64,000 nt of DNA from Oligoflexales bacterium (GTDB lineage: Bacteria > Bdellovibrionota_B > Oligoflexia > Oligoflexales > CAIYRB01): the NCBI GenBank assembly GCA_041736175.1, contig JBGSUI010000219.1, positions 22,823 through 86,822 on the forward strand. Direction: 5' to 3'. The notes beneath the pieces were generated by a model, which saw only the letters and a program-made list of their open reading frames with translations, made no database searches and was not told the DNA's origin. Shown here piece after piece: positions 9,582 through 18,508 of the stretch. The position numbers and the translations under genes are program-made. Every line of letters begins with the position of its first letter. Within the stretch, counting starts at the first letter, position 1.

Positions 9582-10766
9582 ATGACCGATGGACCGAAAC
9601 GGCTGGGGAGATTCCTTAAGAAGGGGACTTCGGTTTTCGAAAAAATCTCCCTTGTAGATTTTTCTTTCCAGGATATCAAGGCGCCCAAAGGCCTAACCCC
9701 AGACAACGCGAATCGAACGATTATTCATATTGAGAATCATGACCAAGAGTCTTTAGATCACGCTCTCAAAGAACACACAAAGTTTGACCTGGATCTGATA
9801 TCGCCCGAAGACCGCCAGCGGGTTATTATGCCCCGTGACTTTACTGCGGATTGGGAGCGAGATCGATCCATGCGAAAGAGAAAAGTCGCTAGGTTTGATG
9901 ACGATGATTTCGAATTGGAGCTTGATTCCTTAAAAAGGACCAAGACTCCTGTCCAACCAGCTCCTGATACGCCAAGTGACCTTCCATCACCCCCCCCTGC
10001 CCCAAAGATAGATACCTGGCAAACCATGGAGGAGGTCGGTAAAGCTATCAACGAACTCCATTCCAAAGAAACCAGCAAGGAACAACCCATCCAACCTATG
10101 GTCCAAAGCACAATACCAGAAAACTCAAATTTCACACAGGTTTCTCCAGAACAAGAAGTCGCTGCTCTCGCTCAGTACCAGCGGCAGCAACAAGAACTCG
10201 CCAAAATGAAAGCTGAGTTTCAAGAGGAGCTGGAAAATATACTGGAATCCGAAAAAGCAAAGGCCTACCGCGAAGGCTTTAGCCTTGGAGAAGAAAAGGC
10301 AGAACTACAGACGAGAACCAAAAGCGTTGAACTCCTCAAAAACATCACCCAGATCGTCGCCGAACTTTCACAGCTAAAATTTTTAATTCTCAGCAATGTC
10401 CAAGAAAATTTTTACACAATCTGTCAGGCTATCGGCGAGGCCCTCGTTAAGCGGGAGTTTTCTATCCATCCTGATACCTTTGCAGAAGTACTTCGTCGCG
10501 CATTATCCGAATCCGTACAACCCAATAACGTCAAAATCCTCGTCCATCCAGAAATGTATGATAAGCTTATGACTCTCAATATTGCCGATTTAAAGGGCAT
10601 TTTGCAAAAAGATGACCAGATCGATAAAGCAGGATTTAAATTAGAATCGCACCTAAGCGTGATCGACGGAAATATTTCAGAAATGATCAGCAAAATGCTC
10701 AAGCAAGCTGACTTAGGAATCTTTGATAAAGGCGACCAGCCAGAAAACGATCGGAAGATTGCATGA
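9582..10766 (+). CDS. fliH: Flagellar export protein FliH with a long N-terminal extension
   Basis: AYREGFSLGEEKA (AxxxGxxxG) stretch and a C-terminal ILVHPE...GFKLES domain; lies between fliF and fliI. Confidence 0.8.
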   Translation: MTDGPKRLGRFLKKGTSVFEKISLVDFSFQDIKAPKGLTPDNANRTIIHIENHDQESLDHALKEHTKFDLDLISPEDRQRVIMPRDFTADWERDRSMRKRKVARFDDDDFELELDSLKRTKTPVQPAPDTPSDLPSPPPAPKIDTWQTMEEVGKAINELHSKETSKEQPIQPMVQSTIPENSNFTQVSPEQEVAALAQYQRQQQELAKMKAEFQEELENILESEKAKAYREGFSLGEEKAELQTRTKSVELLKNITQIVAELSQLKFLILSNVQENFYTICQAIGEALVKREFSIHPDTFAEVLRRALSESVQPNNVKILVHPEMYDKLMTLNIADLKGILQKDDQIDKAGFKLESHLSVIDGNISEMISKMLKQADLGIFDKGDQPENDRKIA

Positions 10767-12172
10767 CCTATGACTCGTCATTTAATATTCGGAAATTCGA
10801 CAAAACCTCACTGGCAGACTCTTTTAGGGGTGTTCGGTTTGAGTCCTTTGGTAAAATCACCGATATCAAGGGCCATGTGATCGAAGCTCATCTACCCAAA
10901 ACTCCCATAGGTACAGTAGTCACCATTGGTCTCCCGCCCCCTATGAGTAGTGGACTGGCCGCTGCTGAATACCAACCTATCCTAGGAGAGGTCATCGGCT
11001 TTCGAGATGAATATAAGGTAACGATTCTGCCCTATGGTTCTATTTCTGGGATCGCCCCTGGTTGTCCTGTTCGGATTGGCGATGTTTGGAACCGAATTCC
11101 TGTTCACGAAAAACTCCTTGGGAGGGTCTTGGGCCCAATGCTCAACCCACTTGATGGCCTACCGCCCATCGATTTTACCGACTCAGCGACGTATCCCGTT
11201 GATCGGGAAGCGCCCAATCCAATGTCCCGAAGTCGCATCCATAAACCAATGGCTTTAGGAGTCCGAGCGATTGATGGACTCCTAACGTTTGGAGAAGGCC
11301 AAAGGATTGGCATTATGGCCGGTGCTGGAGTGGGAAAAAGTGTCTTGCTCGGTATGATTGCAAGAAACACCGCAGCAGATATCAATGTGATTGGCCTTAT
11401 CGGCGAACGTGGTCGGGAGGTACGAGAGTTTATTGAACGGGATTTAGGCCCCGAAGGTTTAAAGCGCAGTGTCGTGATCGTCACAACTTCTGACCAATCA
11501 CCCCTCCTGCGGGTCCGCGCTGCTAAAGTCGTAACAGCTATATCTGAAGGTTTTTCGGCGTGCGGAAAAAGCGTCCTGTTGTTTATGGATAGCCTTACAC
11601 GGGTCGCCATGGCCCAAAGGGAGATCGGCCAGGCGAGGCAGGAAACCCCCACCTCTAAAGGCTATACAACGTCGGTCTTTTCTCTGTTGCCCGCTCTTTT
11701 AGAACGCTGTGGACCCCAATCCGCTGGTCATGGCTCGATTAGCGGCATCTATACGGTGTTGGTCGATGGCGATGACTTTAATGATCCCATACCTGATGCT
11801 GCCAGGTCGATCTTAGATGGCCAGATCCAGCTCTCTAGGGCGCTAGCCAATAAAGGGCATTTTCCGGCGATTGATTTATCCAGTTCCCTGTCTCGGGTTA
11901 TGAACGATATCATCAGCGAGGAACACAGGGAGCTGGCTCTAACAGTTAGGTCCTTACTCGGTACCTATAAAGAAAATCAAGATTATGTGCAGATCGGCGC
12001 CTACCAATCTGGGACCAATCCCACCCTTGATGCTGCAATCTCTCTGATGCCCTCTATCGATCGTTTTTTGCGCCAGGGAGTCTCTGAATCTTCACTCTTT
12101 GACAGCACTCTCCAAGGGCTTGCCAATATTTTTAGACAGAAATCGACCAGTCAACCACAAAAGCGAAATTAA
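10763..12172 (+). CDS. fliI: Flagellar export ATPase FliI
   Basis: GQRIGIMAGAGVGKS, IGERGREV, DSLTRVAMAQREIG. Confidence 0.95.
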   Translation: MTYDSSFNIRKFDKTSLADSFRGVRFESFGKITDIKGHVIEAHLPKTPIGTVVTIGLPPPMSSGLAAAEYQPILGEVIGFRDEYKVTILPYGSISGIAPGCPVRIGDVWNRIPVHEKLLGRVLGPMLNPLDGLPPIDFTDSATYPVDREAPNPMSRSRIHKPMALGVRAIDGLLTFGEGQRIGIMAGAGVGKSVLLGMIARNTAADINVIGLIGERGREVREFIERDLGPEGLKRSVVIVTTSDQSPLLRVRAAKVVTAISEGFSACGKSVLLFMDSLTRVAMAQREIGQARQETPTSKGYTTSVFSLLPALLERCGPQSAGHGSISGIYTVLVDGDDFNDPIPDAARSILDGQIQLSRALANKGHFPAIDLSSSLSRVMNDIISEEHRELALTVRSLLGTYKENQDYVQIGAYQSGTNPTLDAAISLMPSIDRFLRQGVSESSLFDSTLQGLANIFRQKSTSQPQKRN

Positions 12173-12176
12173 CTAA

Positions 12177-12626
12177 ATGCAAGATCTACTAAACAAAATC
12201 CATAAAATCGATGCTCTGGTACGCATCAAAAAAATCGAGCTACAAAAGATCCAGATGGCGCTGGGCCAGACGAGACAAAAAAAGGCAAATCTCATAAATG
12301 AGATGAAATCTAAACAACTTCGTTATTTAGAGGGGGTCGAACATTTAAACAGCGTTCGCTCCTCAAACTATAGGAATAACCTAAAAACTCTAGAAGAGGC
12401 TGTCGATCATTCAAAAAACCTGTGGTTTTCTAGCTTTAAGGCTATGCAAGAGGTCGATTTCTTAGAAAAGTCCCAAATCCAACAAGTCATCACTGCTGAA
12501 ACCAATTTAAAAGCTATTGAGCAAATACAAACCACCTATCAGACTTCCTATAGCACCCAGATTCAGATATTCGAGCAAAAGCAGCTCGATGAATTTTCTA
12601 TTCGTAAAACCGATAAACATCGCTAA
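12177..12626 (+). CDS. fliJ: Flagellar export protein FliJ
   Basis: 149-aa coiled coil directly after fliI, ending in EQKQLDE. Confidence 0.75.
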   Translation: MQDLLNKIHKIDALVRIKKIELQKIQMALGQTRQKKANLINEMKSKQLRYLEGVEHLNSVRSSNYRNNLKTLEEAVDHSKNLWFSSFKAMQEVDFLEKSQIQQVITAETNLKAIEQIQTTYQTSYSTQIQIFEQKQLDEFSIRKTDKHR

Positions 12627-12642
12627 AAATGGTCCTTAACCC

Positions 12643-13422
12643 ATGGAACTCCTCCCCTCAAATCGTTTCCCATTAAAAAGCCTCCTATGTCTAAAGATCT
12701 TTATCTTGACTGGACTGGTCATGGTTCACTTTAACTATATAAAAATAGGTGAAATAGACCTCTTTGGCCAAGATAAAAGAGACAGTAATCCAAAATCCGC
12801 CGACAGCGACCAGCAATCAACCCAAGGCAAAAACATCAAAGAAAAACCTTCAAAAGAGACCAATACCACCGCAGAAAAGACTCGCAAAAGCTTTATTTCA
12901 GATCTTTTAGAACTCCCAAGTCTCGATCCTCAGTCCATTAAAAAAGAAGAGCTAGGAAAATATATAGAAATTGCAAATCGCAAGGAGAGGCAAATAATTG
13001 AAAGGCTTGATCTACTGAAGAAAAAAGAAAATCAGCTCAAAGAACTTGAGAAATCAGTGGAAGAAAAAATCAGTGTTCTAGATGAGGAACGCAAGTTTTT
13101 TGCCCAATCAATCCAAAAAGAGAAGGACCTAAAAAACGAAAGAGTGACCCAACTCATCACCCTATATGCCAAGATGGAGCCTAAGAAGGCCGCCCCCGTC
13201 TTTGAAAAGCTAGATCGAGATCTGGTCGTCGAGCTGTTTAAACAGTTGCCACAAAAGCAAGTGACTGCCATCTTAGAAGCAATGACCCCAGACCGCTCCG
13301 TCGCTCTCAGCGAGTATTATGGTCGCGTTCGTTCTGCGAGAGAGTACGACCTCCTCAAAGAAATGAATCAGTCCCTCAAAAAAGAGTTTGACGACTGCAA
13401 GGGCATGCCTCCATCAAACTAA
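12643..13422 (+). CDS. MotE/YlxF/FlbB-like protein (coiled coil plus MgtE_N-like domain)
   Basis: TM anchor, coiled coil, LYAKMEPKKAAPVFEKL...AILEAMTPDRS; canonical position after fliJ. Confidence 0.8.
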   Translation: MELLPSNRFPLKSLLCLKIFILTGLVMVHFNYIKIGEIDLFGQDKRDSNPKSADSDQQSTQGKNIKEKPSKETNTTAEKTRKSFISDLLELPSLDPQSIKKEELGKYIEIANRKERQIIERLDLLKKKENQLKELEKSVEEKISVLDEERKFFAQSIQKEKDLKNERVTQLITLYAKMEPKKAAPVFEKLDRDLVVELFKQLPQKQVTAILEAMTPDRSVALSEYYGRVRSAREYDLLKEMNQSLKKEFDDCKGMPPSN

Positions 13423-13438
13423 ATTTAATTGTCTGGCT

Positions 13439-13462
13439 AATATTAAAATATAATTTAATATT
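13439..13462. other. AT-only inverted repeat between the convergent motE-like and parB genes
   Basis: AATATTAAA-ATATAA-TTTAATATT. Confidence 0.5.
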
Positions 13463-13487
13463 TTTGGATAGTTAAACCTAGGCTATA

Positions 13488-14822
13488 TCACTTAATCACA
13501 CCTAAATATTTAAGAGCTTTTTGAATCATCCCCCTCTGCTCTTGGGTTAGACGCATCAAATCACAAAACTCTCCTAATTTAGCTTCGTAGCTCACTTCTT
13601 TAACCGGCTTATCTTTGGCCGGTGCCTGTTGGTTAGGAAACTCGATTCGGTCGAGCATACCATGGAGCTCACCAGGAGAACGCTCACCCGCAGCCATGGT
13701 ATTCAGGAGATAGCGTACCGTCAACTTAGACCCCAACTTACGGACTCGTTGCTTGACCGCTTCGTCCCATTGGGAAGCCCTGACGTATTTGCCAATCGTT
13801 CTAAGATCCCCATCCAGTAGAACCGCGATCTCGGCTGTGGACATCCCTAGGCCAACCAATTGGCCATAGCCCTGTGCTTTGTCGAGAAAGTGTAGGTCCT
13901 CTCGGTTGATATTTTCAGCCAGTCCGGCCAAGGTTCGGTGCCTTGAAGACTGAAATTTCTTTAGGGCACAGACTACCTTTTCATATCCCAACGACTCCAG
14001 CGCCAACAAACGTCGATGACCGGAAATACACACCAGATGGGGCTCAGCCCCTTCTTCGCTTTGACGAACTTCCACAACGGGAGGATTCTGCAGACCTATC
14101 GTGCGAATGGATTCCTTGAGATTTCTAAACTCGTGACTGTTGATATTGATTTGGTACCGGATATTTTGATCCCGCTCAATATCACCAATGTTTAGCTCAA
14201 AAAATCCATTTAGATCTGCAATTTCAGAAAGAGTCAGGGGTTTGATCGGCTGCTGTTCAACCAAAGCCTCTGTAGCTCTGTTATTTTTCAGGATACCTTC
14301 TGCTTCATCCTCTGTGATTCTCACCAGAGAAACCTGGAGGATCGAACGACCACACTCTTTTGCTGCTATCACGAGTTCGTAAAGAGTCAAGAGTTGAAAC
14401 TCGAGATCTTCATCCGAACTGCCTTTTACATTGACGAGGGGGCGTCCTGGCTGGGCCTCTGGGTTAGCCGCCAACAGCTTGCGATAATAGTCTGCTAGCT
14501 TAGAGCCATGAGCCTGTTTTTCGGATTCTGCATCAAGATGCAAGTTTTCGATCTTTATGGGACCCGCTTCCCCACGTCCAGCTCGTTCTATCGACCTTTC
14601 AAAACGACTGGGAGCTTTTTGTAAGGGTGCTTCTTCTTTGGCGACAGGAGCGGGGTCCATTACCGTGGTAATCCCTTGATCTAATCCTTCAAACTGCAGG
14701 AGCTGGTCGATTTTATGGAGTGCTTTTTCATTTGTGGACGTGTTTTTTGAAGACGCCCCTTGTAGGGGCCTCTTAGGCAGTCCCTTGGGGGCTGATTTAC
14801 TATTTTTTCTGATTTCTTTCAT
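13488..14822 (-). CDS. parB: ParB/RepB/Spo0J-family protein with a ~200-aa N-terminal extension
   Basis: LKESIRTIGLQNPPVV, ISGHRRLLA (CTPase GxRR), ENINREDL and an HTH (STAEIAVLLDGDLRTIGKYVR); AAGGAG RBS. Confidence 0.88.
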   Translation of the reverse strand: MKEIRKNSKSAPKGLPKRPLQGASSKNTSTNEKALHKIDQLLQFEGLDQGITTVMDPAPVAKEEAPLQKAPSRFERSIERAGRGEAGPIKIENLHLDAESEKQAHGSKLADYYRKLLAANPEAQPGRPLVNVKGSSDEDLEFQLLTLYELVIAAKECGRSILQVSLVRITEDEAEGILKNNRATEALVEQQPIKPLTLSEIADLNGFFELNIGDIERDQNIRYQININSHEFRNLKESIRTIGLQNPPVVEVRQSEEGAEPHLVCISGHRRLLALESLGYEKVVCALKKFQSSRHRTLAGLAENINREDLHFLDKAQGYGQLVGLGMSTAEIAVLLDGDLRTIGKYVRASQWDEAVKQRVRKLGSKLTVRYLLNTMAAGERSPGELHGMLDRIEFPNQQAPAKDKPVKEVSYEAKLGEFCDLMRLTQEQRGMIQKALKYLGVIK

Positions 14823-14846
14823 ACAAGTCTGCTCCTTAAATTCAAA

Positions 14847-15728
14847 TTAAATGAGTTCGTCAGATTCAGATTCTATTTCTTGGCGGATTTCTTTTTCGAT
14901 GCTTTTAAATTCGATGGGTTTTTGGGTCCTTTTGGTGCTCGCCTGTTTGGTTTTAGCTGCAAATTCTTTTGCTAAGACCTTAAAGGCTAAACTCACCGCT
15001 GCTTTGGGATCACATAATACCACTGGTTTTGAAATCAGCTTTGATGAACTCAGTCGTTTAGATGCTGGGATTACGCTTTTAAACACCGAGTAGTTACCAC
15101 GCTTAGCGCCCTCACGTATTTTTGCCTCAAGCCGCCGATGGGTTGCTTCAAGTTTATCAAATTTTGTAATCAACACCCCCGCTAAAGAGAGCTGATGATT
15201 GTAGCGTCTTTTGACCTGCTCCACCTGTTGAAAGAGATCACTAAGTCCAACGATCGGGTCGAGTTCGGCAAAGAGGGGAACGACATAGTAATGACTTGCC
15301 ACGAGCGCACTCAGGGTTAAACAGTCCATGTCAGGATGAGTATCAAAAATCACAATATCGTAGGCTTTTAAACTCTCTGATGTTTTCCATTCTTCAAACA
15401 GATACTCGCGGCCAATAGCACTATTTTTTGATTTGGCGTAGTCAAGAAGGCCACGATGGCTGCTCAAAATATCGATGTTTTTGTGGGGTGTTGGCATGAT
15501 GCTTTCCTCTAAGGGGAGCTTTCCGGTAAGCACCCCAAAGACATTTCCTTTAGGATCATCTCTTTTCATGCCCAAACCAGTCGTCGCGTTTCCCTGAAAA
15601 TCCAGATCAATTACCAGGACCTTTTTGCCTTGGAGGCCCAAGGTCACCGCTAAATTGACTACAACGGTGGTTTTCCCTACTCCACCCTTTAAATTTGCAA
15701 CGGTCGTCAAAATTGGGCCAGCGCTCAT
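14847..15728 (-). CDS. parA: ParA/Soj-family ATPase
   Basis: Deviant Walker A KGGVGKTT, DLDFQGNAT, DTHP. ATG at 15728 has an AAGGAG RBS. Confidence 0.92.
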   Translation of the reverse strand: MSAGPILTTVANLKGGVGKTTVVVNLAVTLGLQGKKVLVIDLDFQGNATTGLGMKRDDPKGNVFGVLTGKLPLEESIMPTPHKNIDILSSHRGLLDYAKSKNSAIGREYLFEEWKTSESLKAYDIVIFDTHPDMDCLTLSALVASHYYVVPLFAELDPIVGLSDLFQQVEQVKRRYNHQLSLAGVLITKFDKLEATHRRLEAKIREGAKRGNYSVFKSVIPASKRLSSSKLISKPVVLCDPKAAVSLAFKVLAKEFAAKTKQASTKRTQKPIEFKSIEKEIRQEIESESDELI

Positions 15729-15861
15729 TGGTAAATACTCCTTTAAAATTTGAATCAATAATGACCCTATTCTAGTCTGATGCTCCCTAAAATCAAAGAA
15801 TTATTCAGCATAGTCTTTGCATAGATTCAAATTTGATTTATGATGAGGTTCGGCCCTTATC

Positions 15862-15876
15862 GTGAAACCGTTTCAC
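15862..15876. promoter_or_regulatory. 15-bp palindrome GTGAAAC-C-GTTTCAC, copy 1 (candidate parS/operator)
   Basis: Seen directly; an identical copy lies 80 bp downstream; upstream of parA. Confidence 0.6.
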
Positions 15877-15941
15877 CATCGACCCTAGTGGCTGGCTCCC
15901 TATACCTTTCCACCCACCATGGTGGTTCTAAATCCAGGGAG

Positions 15942-15956
15942 GTGAAACCGTTTCAC
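15942..15956. promoter_or_regulatory. 15-bp palindrome GTGAAAC-C-GTTTCAC, copy 2 (candidate parS/operator)
   Basis: Seen directly; 44 nt upstream of the SprT/DUF2786 ATG. Confidence 0.6.
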
Positions 15957-16000
15957 GAGACTCTAGATGGCAAGACAAACCTCTATTTAGGATAATACCC

Positions 16001-17131
16001 ATGTTTCAGGCAAATGATCTAAGGCGGCTTCAAAATAAAAAATGGACCATGCGGCTTTATAAAGAGTTCGAATTGATCAGCTTCCGTTATCAGCTCCGCC
16101 TTGGTACCGTTCTCATTAGCTTGGAGCCCCTCGGTGACAAATGGGGACAATACAATCCCCGTGGCAGACATATTCGGCTGAACGAAGACCTGCCGCGGCA
16201 ATACCCCTGGGGCATTGTGGTCGAGGTGCTTAAGCATGAAATGGCACACCTCTTGGTCGCCGAAGGTCGATGGAGCCCCGAAAAACCCCATGGACTGGCC
16301 TTTCAAGACTCCTGCGCCAAACTTGGAGTCGCCAAATGGGCTCGCCAAGGCTCTGGGGAACTGCCCAAAAAAATCCCCCTATGGAGCGATCAAAACCTGG
16401 ATGATGAACAAGACAGACTCCTACGGAAAGCCGAAAAACTGTTGGCACTTGCGGAGTCTAGCAGTGAGCATGAAGCTGCCCTTGCCATGGAAAGGGTGAG
16501 ACAACTCTATGCAAAGTACAACTTGGAAAATATCCGACTCAAAAAAGAAGACGACTATGTCTATTGTACTGTAACGCGCAAAAAGCAAAGGATCGATAGT
16601 GCAGAGTCTCTGATCTATTCGATCTTGATTGAGTTCTTTTTTGTGCGGGTCGTAACCCTCCACATCTATGATCCGCTCACCTTCGAAACCTATAGAGGTG
16701 CAGAATTTCTTGGCAAACAAAACAATGTAAAGTTAGCAGAGTATGTTTATCACTTTCTCTGGAACCAAGCCGAGATCCGCTCAAAAGACTTTAAAAAAAC
16801 CAAGAAAGGTGGCGGTTCCAAACGGGCCTACCGCCTTGGACTGCTCCATGGTTTCTACGACAAACTCAAAGAACAAAGCAAAGAACTGGAACGCAGCCTA
16901 AAAAGCGATGGATTTGAAACAGGAGATGTGACAGCACTCATAACTTTGTCCGATAAAGCTCTCAAAGAGTATGTGAGCCAAAGATTTCCTAGTCTAACGA
17001 CAAGAGCTTCAAATTCTGGATCCAACCTCGACCCTCATTCCTTTAACGCTGGGCATTCCGAGGGCAAGAAACTAAACCTCCATAAAGGGGTTGACAAGTC
17101 AGCCGACCAATTTGGAGGTTTGTTAAGCTAA
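16001..17131 (+). CDS. SprT-like zinc metalloprotease domain fused to DUF2786
   Basis: WGQY...IRLN...LKHEMAH...PHGLAF (SprT-type HExxH+H), then KAEKLLALAESSSEHEAALAM (DUF2786). Confidence 0.8.
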   Translation: MFQANDLRRLQNKKWTMRLYKEFELISFRYQLRLGTVLISLEPLGDKWGQYNPRGRHIRLNEDLPRQYPWGIVVEVLKHEMAHLLVAEGRWSPEKPHGLAFQDSCAKLGVAKWARQGSGELPKKIPLWSDQNLDDEQDRLLRKAEKLLALAESSSEHEAALAMERVRQLYAKYNLENIRLKKEDDYVYCTVTRKKQRIDSAESLIYSILIEFFFVRVVTLHIYDPLTFETYRGAEFLGKQNNVKLAEYVYHFLWNQAEIRSKDFKKTKKGGGSKRAYRLGLLHGFYDKLKEQSKELERSLKSDGFETGDVTALITLSDKALKEYVSQRFPSLTTRASNSGSNLDPHSFNAGHSEGKKLNLHKGVDKSADQFGGLLS

Positions 17132-17153
17132 TTTTTAACTTATATATAATATT

Positions 17154-17972
17154 TTATTTATTTAAGCCAAGTCGTTCCACGGCGTGGCCAGGGCTACCCA
17201 TAATATTGTACCCACCGTCCACATGGAGTACCTCTCCCGTGGTTGCACTTGCGAGGTCACTCAGGAGATAGGCGGTGGCTTTGCCGACTTCTTCTGTTGT
17301 GACATTACGACCAAGGGGAGAAACGGCTGCATTCAAAGTCAACATCTGCGAAAGATCACTCACAGCCGAAGATGCCAGAGTCTTAATAGGACCAGCACTT
17401 ACAGCGTTTACCCTTATATTTCTCGGTCCCAGATCATAGGCCAAATACTTGGTGGCCATTTCTAAAGCTGATTTGCAAAGACCCATCAGGTTATAGCCTC
17501 CCACCACTCTTTCGCCCCCAAAATAACTCATCGTCACCATGGAGCCACCATCAACCATCAACTTGCTGGCATGATGAGCCACCGTTATAAAACTGTAGAC
17601 GCTGGTATCCATCGCGATTTTAAACCCCTCGCGGCTAACTTCCAGAGTCGGACACCGGATATCTTCGAGCGGCGCATAGGCGATCGAATGGACCAAAAAA
17701 TCGATGGTCCCAAATTCCTCTTTAACTTCTTTAAAAAATGCCTGAACATCATTGTCAGAATTGACATCGCAGGGTTTTACAAACTTGACCCCTATGGGAT
17801 CCGAAACCCTTTGGACTCGCTTCACCATCCGGTCCCGTCCCTCCTTGTCTGGAAGGTGGTTAAATCCCAGCTGGGCGTTCTCTTTAGCTAAGAACTTTGC
17901 GACTCCAGCAGCTATAGAATACTCATTGGCAACACCCATGATGATGCCTTTTTTACCGGAAAAAAGTCCCAC
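17154..17972 (-). CDS. fabI: Enoyl-ACP reductase
   Basis: GVANEYSIA, HSIAYAP, YNLMGLCK, AGPIKTLA. GTG at 17972 has a GGAGG RBS. Confidence 0.95.
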   Translation of the reverse strand: MGLFSGKKGIIMGVANEYSIAAGVAKFLAKENAQLGFNHLPDKEGRDRMVKRVQRVSDPIGVKFVKPCDVNSDNDVQAFFKEVKEEFGTIDFLVHSIAYAPLEDIRCPTLEVSREGFKIAMDTSVYSFITVAHHASKLMVDGGSMVTMSYFGGERVVGGYNLMGLCKSALEMATKYLAYDLGPRNIRVNAVSAGPIKTLASSAVSDLSQMLTLNAAVSPLGRNVTTEEVGKATAYLLSDLASATTGEVLHVDGGYNIMGSPGHAVERLGLNK

Positions 17973-18001
17973 AAGAACCTCCAAACAATCGTCAATTTAA
18001 A

Positions 18002-18034
18002 GCTTACTTGAGCGGCTTACTTGAGATAATCTCA
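18002..18034. repeat. Direct repeat GCTTACTTGAG x2 overlapping the palindrome TGAGAT-A-ATCTCA
   Basis: Repeat copies at 18002-18012 and 18015-18025; dyad at 18022-18034; in the divergent fabI/DUF423 intergenic region. Confidence 0.55.
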
Positions 18035-18116
18035 GCCTTCGTCTTTATGATTTAACCCAAAATTAGACCTAAAGACAGCTTTTTCATCGGCTTTGATTTT
18101 TCAATAATAGGAGGAG

Positions 18117-18500
18117 TTGTTGATGGTTACCTGGAGGACTTGGATCGGAATCGGTGCTGTTTGCTGCGCATTGGCGGTTCTCTTAGGCGCTTTTGGGACA
18201 CATGCCCTGAAGAATCAGCTCGCCGAAGATCAGCTAAGATGGTTTAAGACCGCGTTTGACTACCATATCATCCACGCCCTAGGCCTCGTGGCTATCGGGC
18301 TATATGGGTCGCGAGTTGACCATCTATGGACGCAAGTGGCCGGGTGGTGTCTCTTTACCGGGATGATCTTATTTTCTGGAAGCCTCTATGGAATGGCCTT
18401 AGGCCTCCCTAGGTCCATCGCCATGCTCACACCCTTGGGAGGTCTGGCTTTTACAGGAGGTTGGCTCTTCCTGGCATTTTCATGCTTTAAATCGATTTAG
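18117..18500 (+). CDS. DUF423 (YgdD/TMEM256-like) membrane protein
   Basis: LGAFGTHAL, YHIIHALGL, LFSGSLY, TPLGG. Confidence 0.9.
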   Translation: MLMVTWRTWIGIGAVCCALAVLLGAFGTHALKNQLAEDQLRWFKTAFDYHIIHALGLVAIGLYGSRVDHLWTQVAGWCLFTGMILFSGSLYGMALGLPRSIAMLTPLGGLAFTGGWLFLAFSCFKSI

Positions 18501-18508
18501 CTAACGAG

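Noticed and set aside
15808..15823. Minus-strand ATGCAAAGACTATGCT upstream of parA, 12/16 identical to the flagellar sigma54 promoter
   Set aside because: Lacks the invariant GG at -24.
15862..15956. Two identical repeats with a spacer, read as a mini-CRISPR
   Set aside because: Repeats are only 15 bp, the spacer is 65 bp, there are two copies and no cas genes.
13488..17131. Integrated plasmid or prophage around parAB-DUF2786
   Set aside because: No integrase, replicase, att repeats or phage structural genes; flanked directly by flagellar genes and fabI.
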